Below, one piece after another: positions 60,659 to 64,000 of a DNA stretch of 64,000 bases. Position 1 is the first letter of the stretch; each line of letters begins with the position of its first letter. The DNA lies in contig DATLHO010000169.1 in assembly GCA_035539855.1 (NCBI GenBank), positions 23,883-87,882 of the forward strand. Direction: 5' to 3'. The translations under genes were made by a program, and so were the position numbers. Source of the DNA: Candidatus Kapaibacterium sp. GTDB taxonomy: Bacteria; Bacteroidota; Ignavibacteria; OLB7. Under the pieces are notes generated by a model. The model saw only the letters and a list, made by a program, of their open reading frames with translations. It was not told where the DNA came from and did no database searches.

Positions 60659-61450
60659 TCACTGATGTCGCGTTCGGATCGCATGGAGCTCGAATAATTC
60701 CTCCTGTACGATCTCCAGGTCGATGTCGCCGTAGCGCCCGCGCGCCCATCGCTCGACCTCGTCGAGGACCGCGCTCTTGACGTCGTCGGGCAGCACGAGA
60801 GCGCCGAGCCCTTCCTTGCCGCGCCACGACGCGATCGATTCCGCCGGAGAGTGCACGGTCAGCCACCGCGAGGCGACGCTCGGCTCGGCTGCGAACGCGC
60901 CGCGCGCGACGAGCGCTTCGAACACGCGCGCGGTGTGGTCGTCGTGACTGCGCGCGTCGAAGCCGTGCTCGCGCAGGGTTCGTCGCATCTGCCGTCGCAT
61001 CTCGGACTTCACGGAGTCTTTGGGACGCCGCACCTTCCCGACGATGAGCGATCCTCCGGGGCGAAGCACGCGCTCGAGCTCCGCGACGACGTGCTCCGCG
61101 GCCATGTGGTGCAGCGCGCGGGCGCAGAAGACCAGGTCGATCGAGCGATCGTCGGCCGGCCAGCGCTCGTTGCCGTCGGCGACGACGAGCCGCGCGCGCA
61201 GTCCAGCCTGCTCGACCTTCGCGCGGACGACCGCCAGCATCTCCGGCGAGCGATCGAAGCCGGTGTACTCGACCGCGTCCTCGAGCAGGTGGATCGTGAT
61301 CAGACCGGTGCCGACGCCGGGCTCGAGCACGGTGGTGCCGGGCGTCAGAGGGACGATCGTTTCGATCATCATGGCGACGTCGAGGGCGGCTTCCTCGGGG
61401 ATGCCGGCGCGGTCGTCGTAGTTGGGGGCCTGGTCGTTGTAGAGCATCAA
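60659..61450 (-). CDS. Class I SAM-dependent methyltransferase
   Basis: Motif I VLEPGVGTGLITIHL. Post-I …YTGFDRSPEML. Motif …LRPGGSLIVG. 263 aa. Confidence 0.75.
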   Translation of the reverse strand: MMLYNDQAPNYDDRAGIPEEAALDVAMMIETIVPLTPGTTVLEPGVGTGLITIHLLEDAVEYTGFDRSPEMLAVVRAKVEQAGLRARLVVADGNERWPADDRSIDLVFCARALHHMAAEHVVAELERVLRPGGSLIVGKVRRPKDSVKSEMRRQMRRTLREHGFDARSHDDHTARVFEALVARGAFAAEPSVASRWLTVHSPAESIASWRGKEGLGALVLPDDVKSAVLDEVERWARGRYGDIDLEIVQEELFELHAIRTRHQ

Positions 61451-61468
61451 GGAGACCTCACCCCCCGG

Positions 61469-61494
61469 CCCCCTCTCCGAATTCGGAGAGGGGG
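61469..61494. promoter_or_regulatory. Perfect 26-nt palindrome ccccctctccgaattcggagaggggg in a divergent promoter region
   Basis: 13-bp arms around a central GAATTC. Located 19 nt upstream of the minus-strand methyltransferase start and about 235 nt upstream of the plus-strand M16 peptidase start. Confidence 0.45.
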
Positions 61495-61729
61495 AGCGGA
61501 GGTGTCGCGGTTGTTGTCGGGAGCGCTTTTGCTGCGCCGCAGCTGCGCTGCGGCGGGCGCTGCATGCGGCGGCGCTGCGCGAGGCGGGGAAGATAGAGGT
61601 TCGCGTTTGATGGTGGGGTGGTTGTGCGGCGTTGTGAATGCGGCATGCGGCGCTTGCGGGGTCGTTGCGTCGTGCGCCCGGGACGTCTAGTTTGTCTGCG
61701 ATCCTTCCTTCCAGTTATCGATCCGTTCG

Positions 61730-64000
61730 ATGAGTGTTCGACTCGCCTTAGCCGGCGCGTGCCTGATGGCGTGCGTCGCGATGTCTCTGTCCGCCCAGAC
61801 GGTTTCGAAGCCGCGGAGCGCATCGTCTCCTGGCGCATCGTCGCGGGGCGCGTCGTCGCGGAGTGCGGCGGCGCCGGCGGTGCGGTTCGATCGCGCGGCG
61901 CTTGCGATTCCGTATACGACGTTCGTGCTCGACAACGGGCTGACGCTCATCGTGCACGAGGACCACAGCTCGCCGATCGTGTCGGTGAACACGTGGTATC
62001 ACGTCGGCTCGCGCAACGAGCGGCGCGGGCGCACGGGCTTCGCGCATCTGTTCGAGCACTTCTTCTTCAACGGCTCGGAGCATTATCCGCACGGCTTCCG
62101 CGAGGCGATGGATGACCTCGGCGCGAGCAATCGCAACGGCACCACCAACAAGGACCGCACGAACTTCTACGAGGATGTTCCCGTCGGCGCCCTCGAGCGC
62201 ACGCTGTACCTCGAGGCCGATCGCATGGGATTCCTCGCGGCGACGCTGTCGGAGGCGATGCTCGAGCGCGAGCGCGGCGTCGTCAAGAACGAGATGCGCC
62301 AGGGGGAGAATCGTCCGTACGGGCGTGTCGGCCGCGAGATGGATGCGCTGATGTATCCCCACGCGCATCCGTATTCCTGGTCGACGATCGGAAGCATCGA
62401 GGATCTCGAAGCCGCGCGGATCGACGACATCAGGGAGTGGTACCGCAGCTACTACGGTCCCAACAACGCGGTGCTGACGCTTGCGGGCGACATCACGCCG
62501 GAGCGTGCGCTGGAGCTCGTCCGCAGGTACTTCGGAGACATCCCGCCGGGTCCGCCGCTGTCGCGTCTGGACCAGTGGGTGCCGCGCTTCGATCGGAACA
62601 TCCGCCAGCGCATGGCCGACCGCGTTCCGCAGGCGCGCATCGTTCGCGCCTACCACGTGCCCGGCTGGGGCGACGACGATCTGGGACGCCTGACGCTGTT
62701 CGCCAGCGTGCTGTCGGGCTCGAAAAGCGCGCCGCTCGATCGCCGGCTCGTCCACGAGATGGGGCTTGCGACCGCGGTCACCGCCAGCGTCTCCGATGGA
62801 GAGATCGCGGGACTTTTCCGCATCAGCGCGACCGTGCGCGAGGGCGTCGATCCCGATATCGTCGAGCGTGAGATCGATGCCGTCGTCTCGGCGCTCATCG
62901 ACGCGGGACCGACGCCCGTCGAGCTCGCGCGCGCGCAGAGCCGGATCATCGCCGGCGTCGTCCGCGGCAACGAGAAGCTCGCGTCGCGCTCGAACATCCT
63001 CAACGAGAGCATGACGTTCGGCGGATCTCCCGACGCGTGGCTCGACGACCTCGAGGTCATCGCGCGCAGCACGCCCGCGGACGTGCGGACCGCGGCGCGG
63101 CGATGGATCGGCGAGGCGCACCACGCGACGATGCTCGTCGTGCCGCACGGCGAGCGCCGCGCGGCCGAGCGGCTCGTCGATCGATCGCAGCTACCCACCA
63201 TCGGCGAGCCTTCCGAGGGACGCTTCCCGCCGGTGCAGCGCGCGCGCCTGGGCAACGGACTCGAGGTGATGCTGCTGGAGCGCCACTCGACGCCGATGGT
63301 CCGCATGGCGCTCGCGGTCGGCGCGGGCTCGGCGAGCGATCCGGCGTCGCGTACAGGCATCGCCTCGCTGGCGCTCGAGCTGCTCGACGAGGGCACCGCG
63401 ACGCGCAGCTCGTTCGCGATCACCGATGAGCTCGCCGCGCTCGGAGCCGAGATCACGAGCGCGAGCGGTCTCGACGTCTCGACCGTGCGCCTGGGCACGC
63501 TCAGTGCGAGCCTGCCGCGCGCGCTCGAGCTCTACGCGGAGATCATCCGCGCGCCGTCGTTCCCCGAGGCGGAGCTCGAGCTGCAGAAGCGACGGACGAT
63601 CGCGGCGATCGAGCAGCAGCGCGCCGATCCGACCTCCGCGGCCATGCGCCTGCTGCCGGGGCTCGTCTACGGTCCGAGCCATCCCTATGGACAGCCCGCC
63701 GGCGGCATCGGCTACGAGTCGACCGTCGGGGCGCTCACGCGCGAGCACCTTCGCGAGTGGCACCGCGAGCGCTTCCGTCCGAACAACGCGACGCTCGTCG
63801 TCACCGGCGACGTGACGATGGCCGCGCTCGTGCCGATGCTCGAGCGCGTCTTCGGCGACTGGCAGAGCGGCGATGCGCCCGTCGTCCCGATCGGGCCGGC
63901 AGCCGGAACGGCACGCGGCAGGATCTTCCTGATCGATCGTCCCGGAGCTCCCCAGTCGGTGATCGTCGCCGCGCACGCGACCGATCCGATCGGCGCCGAC
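61730..64000 (+). CDS. M16-family (pitrilysin/insulinase-like) zinc peptidase, two tandem M16 modules; 3' end beyond window
   Basis: Signal MSVRLALAGACLMACVAMSLSAQ. Inverted zinc motif HLFEH in GFAHLFEHFFFNGSEHYP. NAVLTLAGDI region. Second inactive-type module from about 63250 (LGNGLEVMLLERHSTPMVRMAL…). The frame stays open to the window end. It is absent from the ORF track, presumably because it is incomplete. Confidence 0.8.
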   Translation, partial: MSVRLALAGACLMACVAMSLSAQTVSKPRSASSPGASSRGASSRSAAAPAVRFDRAALAIPYTTFVLDNGLTLIVHEDHSSPIVSVNTWYHVGSRNERRGRTGFAHLFEHFFFNGSEHYPHGFREAMDDLGASNRNGTTNKDRTNFYEDVPVGALERTLYLEADRMGFLAATLSEAMLERERGVVKNEMRQGENRPYGRVGREMDALMYPHAHPYSWSTIGSIEDLEAARIDDIREWYRSYYGPNNAVLTLAGDITPERALELVRRYFGDIPPGPPLSRLDQWVPRFDRNIRQRMADRVPQARIVRAYHVPGWGDDDLGRLTLFASVLSGSKSAPLDRRLVHEMGLATAVTASVSDGEIAGLFRISATVREGVDPDIVEREIDAVVSALIDAGPTPVELARAQSRIIAGVVRGNEKLASRSNILNESMTFGGSPDAWLDDLEVIARSTPADVRTAARRWIGEAHHATMLVVPHGERRAAERLVDRSQLPTIGEPSEGRFPPVQRARLGNGLEVMLLERHSTPMVRMALAVGAGSASDPASRTGIASLALELLDEGTATRSSFAITDELAALGAEITSASGLDVSTVRLGTLSASLPRALELYAEIIRAPSFPEAELELQKRRTIAAIEQQRADPTSAAMRLLPGLVYGPSHPYGQPAGGIGYESTVGALTREHLREWHRERFRPNNATLVVTGDVTMAALVPMLERVFGDWQSGDAPVVPIGPAAGTARGRIFLIDRPGAPQSVIVAAHATDPIGAD

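Noticed and set aside
61501-61680. Possible CRISPR array or tandem repeat in the GC-rich reiterated stretch (gctgcgc / ggcggcg units)
   Set aside because: No regular repeat-spacer periodicity and the units are short and irregular. It is a simple-sequence, GC-skewed leader, not an array.

Overview
High-GC (roughly 65-70% by eye) bacterial chromosomal segment, densely coding on both strands. Core genes: mnmE-mnmG (tRNA modification), NADP-malic enzyme, isocitrate dehydrogenase, citrate synthase and ArfB. Regulators: two ECF sigma factors, a histidine-kinase/response-regulator pair and an anti-sigma factor. Accessory content is large. (i) Four secreted proteins end in a Bacteroidota-style T9SS C-terminal sorting domain: an S8 peptidase fused to BNR/Asp-box repeats, two FG-GAP repeat proteins and a 1703-aa protein of unknown function. 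Their genes look lower in GC than the flanks. (ii) A minus-strand molybdenum cluster runs modABC, an outer-membrane barrel, an ABC-2 exporter and two tandem amino-acid-kinase-fold paralogs that look like Azotobacter Mo-storage protein MosA/MosB. (iii) A CorE-like ECF sigma with a Cys-rich C-terminal extension sits next to arsM and a DinB-family gene. (iv) Four genes linked by 4-nt ATGA overlaps (ADP-ribosylglycohydrolase, VOC, TPM domain, 366-aa unknown) follow another unknown. (v) Several conserved-unknown genes: DUF4112, DUF2721, and a 377-aa protein with a possible eRF1/Dom34-like fold. No rRNA, tRNA, CRISPR array, transposase, integrase or canonical defence gene was recognised. Several rho-independent terminator hairpins are visible. 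An identical 18-nt motif with a CACGTG core follows the stop codons of both mnmE and mnmG. Phylum is not determinable from sequence alone; T9SS-type CTDs plus high GC would fit Gemmatimonadota-like lineages (inference). Many long antisense ORFs in the track are high-GC artefacts.
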